A stretch of DNA of 64,000 nt from Deltaproteobacteria bacterium (GTDB lineage: Bacteria > Desulfobacterota > Dissulfuribacteria > Dissulfuribacterales > QOAL01): NCBI GenBank assembly GCA_026995935.1, contig JALWNK010000023.1, positions 2,810 through 66,809 on the forward strand, written 5' to 3'. Positions 45,605-55,615 of the stretch are shown here, piece after piece. Made by a program: the position numbers and the translations under genes. Position 1 is the first letter of the stretch; each line of letters opens with the position of its first letter. The notes under the pieces are model-generated. The model worked only from the letters and a program-made list of their open reading frames with translations. It did not search any database and was not told the DNA's origin.

Positions 45605-47165
45605 CTTCTGCCTTTCCGGTAATGTGCTTATGATCAAGTCCCTTGTAGTAATTTAGCCATGAAGATTGTCTGTCAAGGGCCCAGTTCCTGGGGGGAAAAA
45701 TTTCCTGCTTATTCAAAAGCTCTGTTACATCCATGCCTGCCCTTTGAAACTTTCTGACATAAAGACACCTTTTCTGATTTCCCCACACCTCGCACCAGCC
45801 GTCTTGGCTTCCTCCGCATGGTCCGTTAAGGAGCTTTTTTGCACACTGGGACTGGGGGCACAGGAATTCAAGCTCCCCAAGGTAACAGTCTCCGCACCTT
45901 TGACACTCATAGAGAATACCCTTAAAAAAGTATTCCACTGAGGTAAGCCACGAGATGCAACCCCTCTTCTCGCACCCTTGCACAATCCTTCGTGCAGTTT
46001 CAAATAGCCCCTTTCCTTGTTCAAAAAAGAGGTGGTGGACTGCCTTTCCAAGAAGGTGGGAGAAACTGGGCCTTTTTCTTTTCATAGGCCTTTTTTCAAC
46101 AAATTCCTTGCTATTAAGCCAGCTCTCTTTATCCCTTTTGAATATGAAAGAACCCCATTCCTCTGGAAAAAGGAAATCCTCCATGAAATCCTGCCAGTTT
46201 TGGGCGTATTCTTCTGCCTTTTCAATGACTTGTGCAATGTGTTCATATTCAAGGCCAGGGCCACTTAGATGCACCCCCTGAAATCCCAGGCCGTAAAGGC
46301 AGGCGACAAGCCTGGCTGACATATCAAGCCTCATGTCAAGGGATTTAGACTTCGGCCAGGCCTCCATTTTTCTCAGAAGCCTTTCAGGCATGGTGCAACC
46401 TGGGATTATGTTCTTGTAAATTATGCGGGCAAGCCTTTTTGTAGGAATAAGCACAGTAGCCAGTATTGGCACGGACAAGCCCATTTTTTCAAGGACAAGC
46501 CTTGTCTCCTGGAACTTTCTTATGTCATACCCCATCTGGGTTATGACGTACTGGGCCCCTGCCTGGATCTTTTTTCTGAGCTTTATGTACTGAAGGAGCT
46601 GCTCTGGAAAGGTCCTTTTAAAGGGAGAGACCACGCATCCTGCGTAAAAGTCCATGGGCGCAAGTTTTACGCCCCCTCCTGGTGCCTTGCTGTTGATGAC
46701 AAGCCCCCTTTTTATCTCCTCTATCATTGAAAGAACAAGAACAGAGTCCAGGTCGAAGACAGGTTTGGCCCTGCCTTTGTAGCCATATCTTGGAAAGTCT
46801 CCGGTGAGGACAAGAAGGGTGTTTAGACCTGCCCTGTCCAGTTCAAAGAGCTGGGATTCAATGAGATTCCTGTTTTTGTCCTTGCAGGAAAAGTGGATGA
46901 TCGGGGCCATGCCCAGGGACTTTATCTCCTGTCCCAAGGCCTGGGGGGTAAGGGCAGGGTGCCCACCGGCATTGTCTGTTATGGAAAGTGCGCAGATTCG
47001 TTTTGCCTTGGCTGCCTTTTCGGTGAAACGGATGATGTCGTCAAGGGCCTTTCCCTTTGAGGCCCTGGCAGGAACAAGCTCGAAGGTGAAGACAAACTGG
47101 CTGAAATCGGGTCTGTCTTTGTCTTGCGAAACGGTTATGCATTTTTTAAGGGCATCTCTAAGCAT
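45594..47165 (-). CDS. metF: methylenetetrahydrofolate reductase fused to Cys-rich MTHFR C-terminal (MetV-like) domain
   Basis: 523 aa. MTHFR strings (SITDNAGGHPALTP, HFSCKDKNRN, LLVLTGD). The C-terminus CQRCGDCYLGELEFLCPQSQCAKKLLNGPCGGSQDGWCEV is a zinc-ribbon-like Cys cluster. Confidence 0.85.
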   Translation of the reverse strand: MLRDALKKCITVSQDKDRPDFSQFVFTFELVPARASKGKALDDIIRFTEKAAKAKRICALSITDNAGGHPALTPQALGQEIKSLGMAPIIHFSCKDKNRNLIESQLFELDRAGLNTLLVLTGDFPRYGYKGRAKPVFDLDSVLVLSMIEEIKRGLVINSKAPGGGVKLAPMDFYAGCVVSPFKRTFPEQLLQYIKLRKKIQAGAQYVITQMGYDIRKFQETRLVLEKMGLSVPILATVLIPTKRLARIIYKNIIPGCTMPERLLRKMEAWPKSKSLDMRLDMSARLVACLYGLGFQGVHLSGPGLEYEHIAQVIEKAEEYAQNWQDFMEDFLFPEEWGSFIFKRDKESWLNSKEFVEKRPMKRKRPSFSHLLGKAVHHLFFEQGKGLFETARRIVQGCEKRGCISWLTSVEYFFKGILYECQRCGDCYLGELEFLCPQSQCAKKLLNGPCGGSQDGWCEVWGNQKRCLYVRKFQRAGMDVTELLNKQEIFPPRNWALDRQSSWLNYYKGLDHKHITGKAEDED

Positions 47166-47186
47166 CAGGGATACCAGGTTTTGTTA

Positions 47187-49163
47187 TCAGACCTTTGCCC
47201 TCAGACACCTCTTGTCTCCAATCCTGATGGTGATCTTTTTTGAATCAAGATATTCAAGAAGAGGAATCATGAATTTCCTGGATAGACCCCCACTGAGATT
47301 TCGGAAGTCAGAGACGCTCATCTCCTGGTTTTTCTTGAGATAGTCTATTACGCGTCTTTCTATCTCTGAAAGTGCCTCTGGATGATAGAAGATTCCTTCT
47401 TTTACCTTAATAAGCTTTCCTTCACGTACAAGGAGCTGAAAAAACTGCCTGGCCTGTTCCACGTCGTCCTCGTCCTTTACGGCCTTATCCAAGGCCTCAT
47501 CAACAGAAGGCGGAAGGAGGGCTGCCCTTTTAAAAATGTCTTCAATCCTTTTCTTAACCTTCTCCTCTTCTCCCTTGAGCCGAACCTTGTGGGTGGAAAG
47601 CCGCACGCTGTCCTTGTCCGAGGAAACCTTGCCCTTTTTAGTGAGCACTTCGAGAATCTTGTTAAAAAGTTTCTGGATTGGAGCCCTTGAAGGGTTCTCC
47701 CCCCTTGGGGCCGCTGCCTTTCCAGAGCCAGAGATGGGAAAGAGCCTTGACTTTAGCTCCTCCTTCGGCATGGCCTCAACAAGGGGATTCTTTTCATGGT
47801 ATCTTTCCAGGATGGATATGGTCTTTTCCATGAGGTCCTCAAAGATCTCCAAGGAAACATAACGGTCTTCCCCTTCAAATTTAAGGATTTTCCCTGAACC
47901 CAGCAGGCTATCCAAGAGTTTTTTAAGCGTCTTTCCGTATAGCCCGGTTCTTATCCCTATCTCTGCCCTTGAAAGGCCCCTGTAACCTGCGTTTTTGAGG
48001 TGAACCTCAATGACCTCTGAAGGCTCGGCCCTTGCAAGGATTTCAAGCTCTTTCCACATCCAGTCCTTGTGGCGTTTTCTCTTTCTCGGCACAGGGTTAA
48101 GGATGCGTCCACCTCCAATGGTCCGAATGGGCGAGTAGGACCTTATTACGTATCTGTCCCCTGGAAGAACGGCAACTGGTTCCTCAAGCTTTATCTGGCA
48201 GTAACTGGTTGAGCCTGGCTGGATCTCGTCCTCCCTAAGGAGTATCCTTCCTATGACCTCTGCAGTTCCCACATGTAGCCGCACAGGGGCCCTGTGTTTA
48301 AGGGGCCTTTGGGCACTTTCCAGATAATAGAATTCTATGTCAAGGAGATAGCTTGGCTGAAGAGAGGAGGGCAGGGCCACCACCATGCCCCTTTGAACGC
48401 TTTCCTTTGAAACGCCCTGTAGGTTGAGGGCGGTTCTAAGGCCAGGAACGGTCTTTTGGCTTTCCATGCCATGGATCTGGATTGTTCTTATCCGGCATTC
48501 ATGCCCTGGAGGAAATATAGTCATCTCGTCCCCAACGGAAGCGGTTCCGGAAATTACCGTGCCGGTAACCACTGTCCCAAATCCCTTCATGACAAAGCTT
48601 CTGTCAACTGGGAGCCTGAAGGGGCCCTGGACCTTTCTTCCAGGGATGGTGGAGACAATCCGGTCTATCTGCTTAAGAAGTTCATCCAGGCCCTGGCCTG
48701 TTACAGCTGAGACGGCAACCACAGGGCTTTCTTCCAAAAAGGTGCCTGAAAGGAAGTCCTTGACGTCTTCCCTTACAAGCTCAAGCCACTCCTGGTCCAC
48801 CATGTCTGCCTTGGTAAGGACCACCAGGCCATGTTTTACCCCAAGGAGCTGGCATATCTCAAGGTGTTCCTTGGTCTGTGGCATGACCCCCTCGTCCGCC
48901 GCGATTACCAGGGCCACAAGGTCCACTCCGGCCACTCCTGCCACCATGTTTTTTACAAACCTTTCGTGGCCAGGCACATCCACCACGCCCACTGAGACCC
49001 CGGAAGGAAGCTCAAGCCTTGCAAAGCCAAGCTCAATGGTGATTCCCCGTTCCTTTTCCTCCTTGAGCCTGTCTGTGTCCGTGCCGGTAAGAGCCTTTAC
49101 AAGCGTGGTCTTACCGTGATCAATGTGGCCAGCGGTTCCCAGTATGACTGTTTTCGTATCCAC
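47187..49163 (-). CDS. selB: selenocysteine-specific translation elongation factor
   Basis: 658 aa. GTPase G1 [29 protein letters not shown], and long C-terminal winged-helix repeats typical of bacterial SelB. Confidence 0.92.
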   Translation of the reverse strand: MDTKTVILGTAGHIDHGKTTLVKALTGTDTDRLKEEKERGITIELGFARLELPSGVSVGVVDVPGHERFVKNMVAGVAGVDLVALVIAADEGVMPQTKEHLEICQLLGVKHGLVVLTKADMVDQEWLELVREDVKDFLSGTFLEESPVVAVSAVTGQGLDELLKQIDRIVSTIPGRKVQGPFRLPVDRSFVMKGFGTVVTGTVISGTASVGDEMTIFPPGHECRIRTIQIHGMESQKTVPGLRTALNLQGVSKESVQRGMVVALPSSLQPSYLLDIEFYYLESAQRPLKHRAPVRLHVGTAEVIGRILLREDEIQPGSTSYCQIKLEEPVAVLPGDRYVIRSYSPIRTIGGGRILNPVPRKRKRHKDWMWKELEILARAEPSEVIEVHLKNAGYRGLSRAEIGIRTGLYGKTLKKLLDSLLGSGKILKFEGEDRYVSLEIFEDLMEKTISILERYHEKNPLVEAMPKEELKSRLFPISGSGKAAAPRGENPSRAPIQKLFNKILEVLTKKGKVSSDKDSVRLSTHKVRLKGEEEKVKKRIEDIFKRAALLPPSVDEALDKAVKDEDDVEQARQFFQLLVREGKLIKVKEGIFYHPEALSEIERRVIDYLKKNQEMSVSDFRNLSGGLSRKFMIPLLEYLDSKKITIRIGDKRCLRAKV

Positions 49164-49183
49164 CTGTGCTGCCCTTTAATCCT

Positions 49184-51127
49184 TTAGCTTATTGGTGCCC
49201 CTGATTCTGTATCCGGAGATACCTCCAAAAGATGGAGGCCTGCCTTATCCTTTGCAACAAGGAGCATGCCCTGGGAGGTAACGCCCCTTAGCTTTACAGG
49301 TTTTAGGTTTGAAACGATCACCACCTTCTTGCCAACTAGGGAGTCGGGTGAGAAGTGATCTGCAATGCCTGAAACAATGATTCGTTCCTCAGGGGCCTTT
49401 ACAGTAAGTTTAAGAAGCCTGTCTGCATTTGGATGTTTTTCTGCAGACACTATCTCTGCCACCCTGAGCTCCACCCTTGAAAAGTCGTCTATATTGATGA
49501 ATTTTCCTTCGTTCTCAGCCTGTTTTTCCATCTTCTTTTCCTTTTCTTTTTCCTTTTGGGCGTTCTTTGGCTTTTGGGCCTGTTTGGCCTCTTTTTTTGA
49601 AGGGCCTATCCGGGGAAAAAGGGGAGGTATCTTTTTTACTTCCTCTCCACCCTCTAGCCTGCCCCATGAAAGGCCCTGGGGTGTAAGCTCTTTGTCTGGC
49701 GAAAGACCAAGGCTTTCCAGCATCTTTTCAGAAGACTTGGGCATCACAGGCCATATCAAGACGGCAGTAAGTCTTAATCCTTCCATAAGGCAGTACATGA
49801 CGTCGTCAAGAAGAAGGGCCTTTTCCTCTTCCTTTGCAAGCTGCCAGGGTGCCATCTGGTCAATGACCTTGTTTGCAAGGTTAAGGACGCGCCAAAGTTC
49901 TGCCATACCATTGTGGGCCTGAAATTTCTCCATGAGCTCTTTCCATCTGGTTACCAGGGCAGTAAACTCTTTCCTTAGTTCATCCTGTGGGCCATCAAGG
50001 CGCCTTTCAACAGGCACCACGCCCTTTCTGAACTTATGGAGCATGGTTACGGACCTGCTGAAGAGGTTTCCAAGGTCGTTTGCGAGATCTGCGTTTATCC
50101 TGGTTACAAAGCTGTCGTAGCTGAAACTGGCGTCAAGGCCAAAGCTCATCTCCCTCATGAGGCAGTACCTTGTGGCATCTGCGCCAAAGTTCTCCACAAG
50201 CCACCCTGGCCTTACGATATTCCCAAGGCTCTTTGACATCTTTTCTTCCTTTATCTTCCAGTAGCCGTGCACGTGCAGGGCCTGGTAGGGCTCAAGCCCG
50301 ATGGCGTGAAGCATAATGGGCCAGTAGATGCCGTGGGGTTTAAGGATGTCCTTGGCAATCACGTGGTTGGCAACGGGCCAGAATTTCATGAAGTTTTCAC
50401 CGTCAGGAAAGTCCAGGCCGCTAAGGTAGTTGATAAGGGCATCGAACCAGACATAGGTCACAAAGTTTTCGTCAAAGGGAAGCGGAACTCCCCAGGTGAG
50501 CCGGGAAACAGGCCTTGAGATGCAAAGATCGTCAAGGGGGTCCTTTAAAAAGGAGAGCACCTCGTTCCTGTAACGCTCAGGCCCAATGAATTCCGGGTTT
50601 GCCTTGATGTGGTCAATGAGCCACTGCTGGTACTTGCTCATAAGGAAAAAGTAGTTCTTCTCCTTGAGCCTTGTCGGTTCCACCTTGTGGTCCGGGCACT
50701 TGCCGTCCTCAAGCTCTCGTTCTATGAGGAAACGCTCGCATCCAAAGCAGTAAAGGCCCTCGTACTCCCTGAACTCGATGTCACCCTGGTCATAGACCTT
50801 CTGAAGGACCATCTGGACTGTCTTTATGTGTTGCGGATCAGTTGTCCGTATGAACCTGTCAGGGTGGATATTCAGAAGGGGCCATGTCTTTCTGAACTTG
50901 TCACTGATGATATCCGTGTATTCCTTTGGGGAAAGGCCCATCTTCTGGGCGGCCTGGACAATCTTGTCCCCGTGTTCGTCAGTACCTGTGAGAAAGAAGG
51001 TCTCGTGGCCAATAAGCCTGTGAAAACGGTTCTGAACGTCTGCAACAACCGTGGAATAGGCGTGCCCAAGGTGGGGCTCAGCATTCACATAGTAGATGGG
51101 TGTTGTGATGTAGAATCTGTCATTCAT
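49184..51127 (-). CDS. metG: methionine--tRNA ligase with C-terminal tRNA-binding (Trbp111-like) domain
   Basis: Start set at MNDRFYITTPIYYVNAEPHLGHAY (ATG at 51127, HLGH motif). KMSKS is present. The C-terminal VELRVAEIVSAEKHPNADRLLKLTV is an OB-fold. The ORF-track start at 51409 is an artefactual extension into the upstream gene. Confidence 0.92.
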   Translation of the reverse strand: MNDRFYITTPIYYVNAEPHLGHAYSTVVADVQNRFHRLIGHETFFLTGTDEHGDKIVQAAQKMGLSPKEYTDIISDKFRKTWPLLNIHPDRFIRTTDPQHIKTVQMVLQKVYDQGDIEFREYEGLYCFGCERFLIERELEDGKCPDHKVEPTRLKEKNYFFLMSKYQQWLIDHIKANPEFIGPERYRNEVLSFLKDPLDDLCISRPVSRLTWGVPLPFDENFVTYVWFDALINYLSGLDFPDGENFMKFWPVANHVIAKDILKPHGIYWPIMLHAIGLEPYQALHVHGYWKIKEEKMSKSLGNIVRPGWLVENFGADATRYCLMREMSFGLDASFSYDSFVTRINADLANDLGNLFSRSVTMLHKFRKGVVPVERRLDGPQDELRKEFTALVTRWKELMEKFQAHNGMAELWRVLNLANKVIDQMAPWQLAKEEEKALLLDDVMYCLMEGLRLTAVLIWPVMPKSSEKMLESLGLSPDKELTPQGLSWGRLEGGEEVKKIPPLFPRIGPSKKEAKQAQKPKNAQKEKEKEKKMEKQAENEGKFINIDDFSRVELRVAEIVSAEKHPNADRLLKLTVKAPEERIIVSGIADHFSPDSLVGKKVVIVSNLKPVKLRGVTSQGMLLVAKDKAGLHLLEVSPDTESGAPIS

Positions 51128-52259
51128 TTGATTGGCCCTTGCCCTTTTTATTATTGTTCCTGCCCTTTTGGCGGTTTTTACCAGTACCTTTCTTCTTTTG
51201 TCTCTTTTTTGAGTCCTTTGACTGTTTCTGTCCCTGTTTTCCCGTTGATTTTTTCTGTCCTTGACGTTTTTTCTGTCGGCCCTTGGATCTTGAGCGGGTC
51301 TTTGGCGGCGCCTTTTTCTCTTCTTTTTCTGTATTCTGGCCTTGTTGGCTCTCTTTGGCCGAAGAGGCGGTTTCCCGTTCCTGCCCCTCAGAGCTTTTTT
51401 TGCCTTCAAGCTCCTCCATGGTGTATTCCATTATGGATCCGTCAGACATAGCTACGGTTACGGCCTGTTTGAATATGTTTTGGCGTATGACCTTTCCTTG
51501 CCCAGTGGGTGTTTGGCAGGCCTTGCCAAGGGTTGGAAGGTTCTGGGACATCTCCTTGTACGTTTTGTATTCGTAGGTAAGGCAACAAAGGAGGCGTCCG
51601 CAAAGCCCGGATATCTTGCTTGGGTTGAGAGGTAGGTTCTGGGCCTTGGCCATTTTAATGGATATGGAGTCAAAGGATGTTAGAAAGCTTGCACAACAAA
51701 GCTCCCTTCCACAGCATCCAATGCCTCCCACCAGCTTTGCCTCGTGCCTTATGCCAATCTGTCTCATCTCCACTCTCATTCTCAGGTCCTTTACCAGGGA
51801 CTTTACAAGTTCCCTGAAATCCACCCTGCCATCTGCTGAGTAATAGAAGATGATCTTGCTGTGGTCAAAAAAGCTTTCTACCTTTATGAGCTTCATCTTG
51901 AGCCCAAGCCTGTCTATATGTCCCTGGCATATGGACCAGGCCTCTTTTTCAAACTCAAGGTTTTTGTAATAGTCCTCTATCTCGCTCGTTGTGGCCAGGC
52001 GCTCTATTTCTGGCGGCAGACACCTTTCTGGCATCTGGATACTGATTGGTTTGCTGACTATCTGGCCAACCTCCTTACCATTTGGTGTTGGAACCACTAC
52101 CCATTCGCCTTCCTTTAGCTCTAGGCCGCCCGCGCGAAAGGTCATGGCAGAGGCATCTGGCCGGATGCGCACCCTGCAGAGCACGCATTTAACCAGCGGG
52201 CTGTCCACTATCTCTCCGTGATCAGAGGCAACTATAGATGAATTTTCCTTGTTACTCAT
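51120..52259 (-). CDS. PSP1 domain protein (RicT/YaaT-like) with ~95-aa K/Q/G-rich basic tail
   Basis: 379 aa. PSP1 core (FYYSADGRVDFRELVKSLVKDLRMRVEMRQIGIRHEAKLVGGIGCCGRELCC). The tail reads KKAPPKTRSRSKGRQKKRQGQKKSTGKQGQKQSKDSKKRQKKKGTGKNRQKGRNNNKKGKG. Its stop overlaps the metG start as ATGAATGA. Confidence 0.85.
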   Translation of the reverse strand: MSNKENSSIVASDHGEIVDSPLVKCVLCRVRIRPDASAMTFRAGGLELKEGEWVVVPTPNGKEVGQIVSKPISIQMPERCLPPEIERLATTSEIEDYYKNLEFEKEAWSICQGHIDRLGLKMKLIKVESFFDHSKIIFYYSADGRVDFRELVKSLVKDLRMRVEMRQIGIRHEAKLVGGIGCCGRELCCASFLTSFDSISIKMAKAQNLPLNPSKISGLCGRLLCCLTYEYKTYKEMSQNLPTLGKACQTPTGQGKVIRQNIFKQAVTVAMSDGSIMEYTMEELEGKKSSEGQERETASSAKESQQGQNTEKEEKKAPPKTRSRSKGRQKKRQGQKKSTGKQGQKQSKDSKKRQKKKGTGKNRQKGRNNNKKGKGQSNE

Positions 52260-52283
52260 GGGGTCTCAGGGCCTTGAACACAA

Positions 52284-53294
52284 TCAAGTCTTAAGCCAGA
52301 ATGCCAGGATCATATCTGCTATCATTTCAGGTTTTACGTTTCTTTCAGACATTTTCCTGGCCCTGGAAATTGTTTTTTCATAGCTCACAAGGGTATCATA
52401 ATTAGTACGCTCAGCCAACTGGCCAAGAAGAGGGGCTATGTCTTGGTGCATGAGCAAATTTTGTCCATCCCTTTTTTGATCTGGCTTCTCGGGTGTCTTT
52501 CCCCATATAAAAAGCAGGTCCCTCGCCAGGGTTCTTACCACCTCTAAGGCCAGTTTGACCCGGTCAGGTGAATTCCACAGGAAGGAACCGGTTTCAATGA
52601 ATGAAAGGGATCTGTTCTCACTTGCAAGAAACTCTACGATCCGATCCCTGATTTCAAATGCAAGGGAAAGTTCTTCTTCATCTTGTATGCAAAGTTCTTC
52701 AACAAGGAATCTTAGAAATCCCGAAGGCTCGCGTCCGATTTTAGAGGAAATCTCAAATACGATTTCATCAGAGAAGGAGACCGCTGAAAGCCTCAACACC
52801 TGGCACCTAGAGACTATAGTTGGTAAAAGGGCAGAGATATTTCCAGCTGAAAGAAATAGATGCGTATGGGTAGGAGGTTCTTCAAGAAGCTTTAAAAGGG
52901 CATTTGCCGCACTTGGATTCATCCTTTCAACCTGATTTATGACCACCACTCTTTTTTTTCCTTCAAGGGGAGAAAACCTTATCTGCTCCTGAAGCTTCCT
53001 TATCTGCTCTATTCTTATGAAGGTGCCACGTGGAGAAATCTCAATAAGGTCTGGATGTATGCCTTTTTTCACCTTTTGACAGCCTGTGCATCTCTTGCAT
53101 GCCAATAAAGAGGAATTTTTATCCTTATCGTCTTCCTTAGTCGGGGAAACACAGAGAAGAAGGGTTGCAAGTTCCCTAAGTGTGTGGGCCCTGAGGATTT
53201 CGTTACCTCCAGCCAGGAGATAGGCGTGGGCAAGCCTATCCATCTTGTAGGCCCTAGATACTATCTTCAGGGGGGAAACGGAAATGTGCTCCAT
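52284..53294 (-). CDS. holB: DNA polymerase III subunit delta prime
   Basis: 336 aa. AHAYLLAGG, Cys cluster C..C.GC, HPDLIEISP, ANALLKLLEEPP and SRCQ motifs. Confidence 0.82.
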   Translation of the reverse strand: MEHISVSPLKIVSRAYKMDRLAHAYLLAGGNEILRAHTLRELATLLLCVSPTKEDDKDKNSSLLACKRCTGCQKVKKGIHPDLIEISPRGTFIRIEQIRKLQEQIRFSPLEGKKRVVVINQVERMNPSAANALLKLLEEPPTHTHLFLSAGNISALLPTIVSRCQVLRLSAVSFSDEIVFEISSKIGREPSGFLRFLVEELCIQDEEELSLAFEIRDRIVEFLASENRSLSFIETGSFLWNSPDRVKLALEVVRTLARDLLFIWGKTPEKPDQKRDGQNLLMHQDIAPLLGQLAERTNYDTLVSYEKTISRARKMSERNVKPEMIADMILAFWLKT

Positions 53295-53302
53295 GATGGA
53301 AG

Positions 53303-55381
53303 CTAGTTCCCCAGCCTGAAAAACGAGCCAATGCCCTTTAGCCAGTCTGGAATGCCCTCAAGAAAACCTGTCTCTGGCTTAAGCGGGGGAAGGCTGTCCT
53401 TTCTCAAGGCCTCCCAGATTATCTGGTCCTTGTTTTCCTGGGTGGGGGTAACGATCTGGCCCGTTCTTTTGTCAACCGGGACAAAGGCAATACCGTCAGG
53501 TATGTCGTAGCCCTGTTTGGTGAGGTCCTTTACAGTAGTCTTCATGAAATTGGTCCAGACCGGGCATGCCGCCCTTCCTCCGGTTTCAAGCCGTCCTAGG
53601 GACTTCTTGTCCTTTCTTCCTATCCACACTCCTGTTACAACCTCAGGGCTGAAACCAACAAACCATGCATCCCGGTAGTTGTCCGTTGTTCCCGTCTTTC
53701 CGCCCACGGGTATTCCAACCGCCCTGGCCCTTCTGCCCGTTCCGTTTTGCACAACTCCCATGAGGAGATAGGCCATTTGAAAAGCAGTTACAGGGTCAAG
53801 GGCCTCGTGGAATTCTGGTGTGAGCATCTCAATGATCCTGCCGTTTCTGTCAGTAATCTGTTCTATGTACTTTGGTGTCACGACCTTGCCCATGTTAACG
53901 AAGGTGCTGTAGGCGGTAACCATCTGCACCAGGGGGACTGCCGAGGAGCCCAGGGCAATGGAAAGGTCATGGGCAAGGGGTGTGGTAATGCCCATGAGGC
54001 GTGCCTGTTCTATTACCGCATTGATTCCAACCATCCGTGCTATTTTCACGGAGATTATATTTCTCGAATAGGTAAGGGCAGTTCTAATGGTTATTGGCCC
54101 CATGTAGGTCTTATCAAAATTCTGGGGCTGCCAGGGCTTGCTATCCCTGGTGCCAGGAAAGCTCAGTGGTTCATCAACTATTATGGAATTTGGCTGTATG
54201 ATGCCCCTTTTCATGGCAGTCGAGTAAACCACCGGCTTAAAAGAGGAACCCGGTTGCATCCTTCCCTGTATTGCCAGGTTAAACTGGTTCTTTTTGAAGT
54301 CTTGACCGCCAACCATTGCACGGATGGCACCGGTCTGGGCATCTATGGCAATGAGGGCACCTTCTATGTTCTCTTTAAGGAGCCTGTCCCTCTTGTGGCG
54401 TTTTTGTATGGCCTTGAGCCCCTGGATCATGTTTTCAAAGGCGCTTTGCTGCCAGTTGGAATCAAGGGTGGTGTATATCTTGAGACCGCCTTTAAAGACC
54501 CTGTCTGCACCGTATCTCCTTGTCAAATCCTTTTTTATTTCCTGGAGAAAGTACTGGGAGCCATCTGGTGGATTAAGCTTCTCACTCTGTAAAACAAGTT
54601 TCTCATTGGCTGCCTTTTCCCTTTCCTGCTCGGTGATAAAGCCCTCCTCAAACATCCTTCTTAGCACGTAGAGCTGCCTCTTTTTTGCCCTTTCAAAGTG
54701 TTTTAGAGGGTTGTACTTGCTTGGAGCCTGGGTAAGTCCTGCAATGAGGGCGCTCTCGGCAATGTCAAGCTGGCTTGCATGCTTGTTAAAATAGGTTCGC
54801 GCAGCTGCCTCCACCCCGTAGGCGCCACTTCCAAGATAGATCTGGTTGAGATAGATGTTTAATATCTCGTCCTTGCTAAGGCTTCCGTCTATCTGCCAGG
54901 CCAGAATTGCCTCCTTTAGCTTTCGTTGCCAGCTTCTTCTGGGAGAAAGGAGGAGGGATCTTGTCACCTGCTGGGTTATGGTGCTTGCGCCCTGTACAAT
55001 AGTCCCAGCCTCGACGTTTTTAATTGCTGCCCTTATGACACCAAGGAAATCAATGCCGCGGTGTTCGTAGAATCTGGCGTCCTCTGCGGCAAGGAATGCA
55101 TATACAAGGCGTTTCGGTAGTTTTTTTATGGATACAGGCCACCTTTTTTCCTTGTACCAGTAGGCAAGGGTCTTGCCGTCACTACTGTAGACCTCAGTAA
55201 CCATGGCGGGCCTGTAATTTTTAAGGCTGGATATGGGAGGCAACTCCAGCATCATGTAGGAAGCCATTCCTGCCATGGCCAGGGCCGTGACAAGCAGGCA
55301 TGAACTCCAGATGATGACAAGAAGGGGCCTTGCACTCCAGATGCGTTGTTTTTTCTTTTTTCTGACTCTTTTTTTGGACAT
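53303..55381 (-). CDS. mrcA: bifunctional class A penicillin-binding protein (transglycosylase/transpeptidase, PBP1A type)
   Basis: ATG at 55381 (MSKKRVRKKKK; the ORF track TTG is at 55399). GT51 motifs (EDARFYEHRGID, GASTITQQ). Transpeptidase motifs SxxK (SSFKP), SRN and KTGT. Confidence 0.9.
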   Translation of the reverse strand: MSKKRVRKKKKQRIWSARPLLVIIWSSCLLVTALAMAGMASYMMLELPPISSLKNYRPAMVTEVYSSDGKTLAYWYKEKRWPVSIKKLPKRLVYAFLAAEDARFYEHRGIDFLGVIRAAIKNVEAGTIVQGASTITQQVTRSLLLSPRRSWQRKLKEAILAWQIDGSLSKDEILNIYLNQIYLGSGAYGVEAAARTYFNKHASQLDIAESALIAGLTQAPSKYNPLKHFERAKKRQLYVLRRMFEEGFITEQEREKAANEKLVLQSEKLNPPDGSQYFLQEIKKDLTRRYGADRVFKGGLKIYTTLDSNWQQSAFENMIQGLKAIQKRHKRDRLLKENIEGALIAIDAQTGAIRAMVGGQDFKKNQFNLAIQGRMQPGSSFKPVVYSTAMKRGIIQPNSIIVDEPLSFPGTRDSKPWQPQNFDKTYMGPITIRTALTYSRNIISVKIARMVGINAVIEQARLMGITTPLAHDLSIALGSSAVPLVQMVTAYSTFVNMGKVVTPKYIEQITDRNGRIIEMLTPEFHEALDPVTAFQMAYLLMGVVQNGTGRRARAVGIPVGGKTGTTDNYRDAWFVGFSPEVVTGVWIGRKDKKSLGRLETGGRAACPVWTNFMKTTVKDLTKQGYDIPDGIAFVPVDKRTGQIVTPTQENKDQIIWEALRKDSLPPLKPETGFLEGIPDWLKGIGSFFRLGN

Positions 55382-55615
55382 GTCCGTAAATTCCAGCAAG
55401 TGAATTTAACTGACAAGCATCCCATGTACAACTTGTTTTAAGAACTGGGGCCTGTCCGCTTCAGCCTGGATAAAATGTCTAAAGTAAGGAGTTTTGGTAG
55501 GAATCCAATAATTCATGGACTTGTAGACATGGCTTTGATACTATAAAATTTCCTTTGGAGTGGTTTAGTGTTCGTTGCATACTTATAGAGTCAGCCGGCA
55601 TTGGAGAAGGTTCAT

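Noticed and set aside
51128-51409. 94-aa basic N-terminal extension of MetG proposed by the ORF track (start at 51409).
   Set aside because: It overlaps the PSP1 gene in another frame. The canonical MetG N-terminus (MNDRFYITTPIYYVNAEPHLGH) starts at 51127. The extension is an artefact of purine-rich DNA.
45594-52259. Searched around selB, and across the whole window, for a selenoprotein gene (two same-frame ORFs separated by TGA, followed by a hairpin).
   Set aside because: All sizeable ORFs are contiguous and no in-frame TGA-split gene pairs were seen. selB appears here without a local selenoprotein client.
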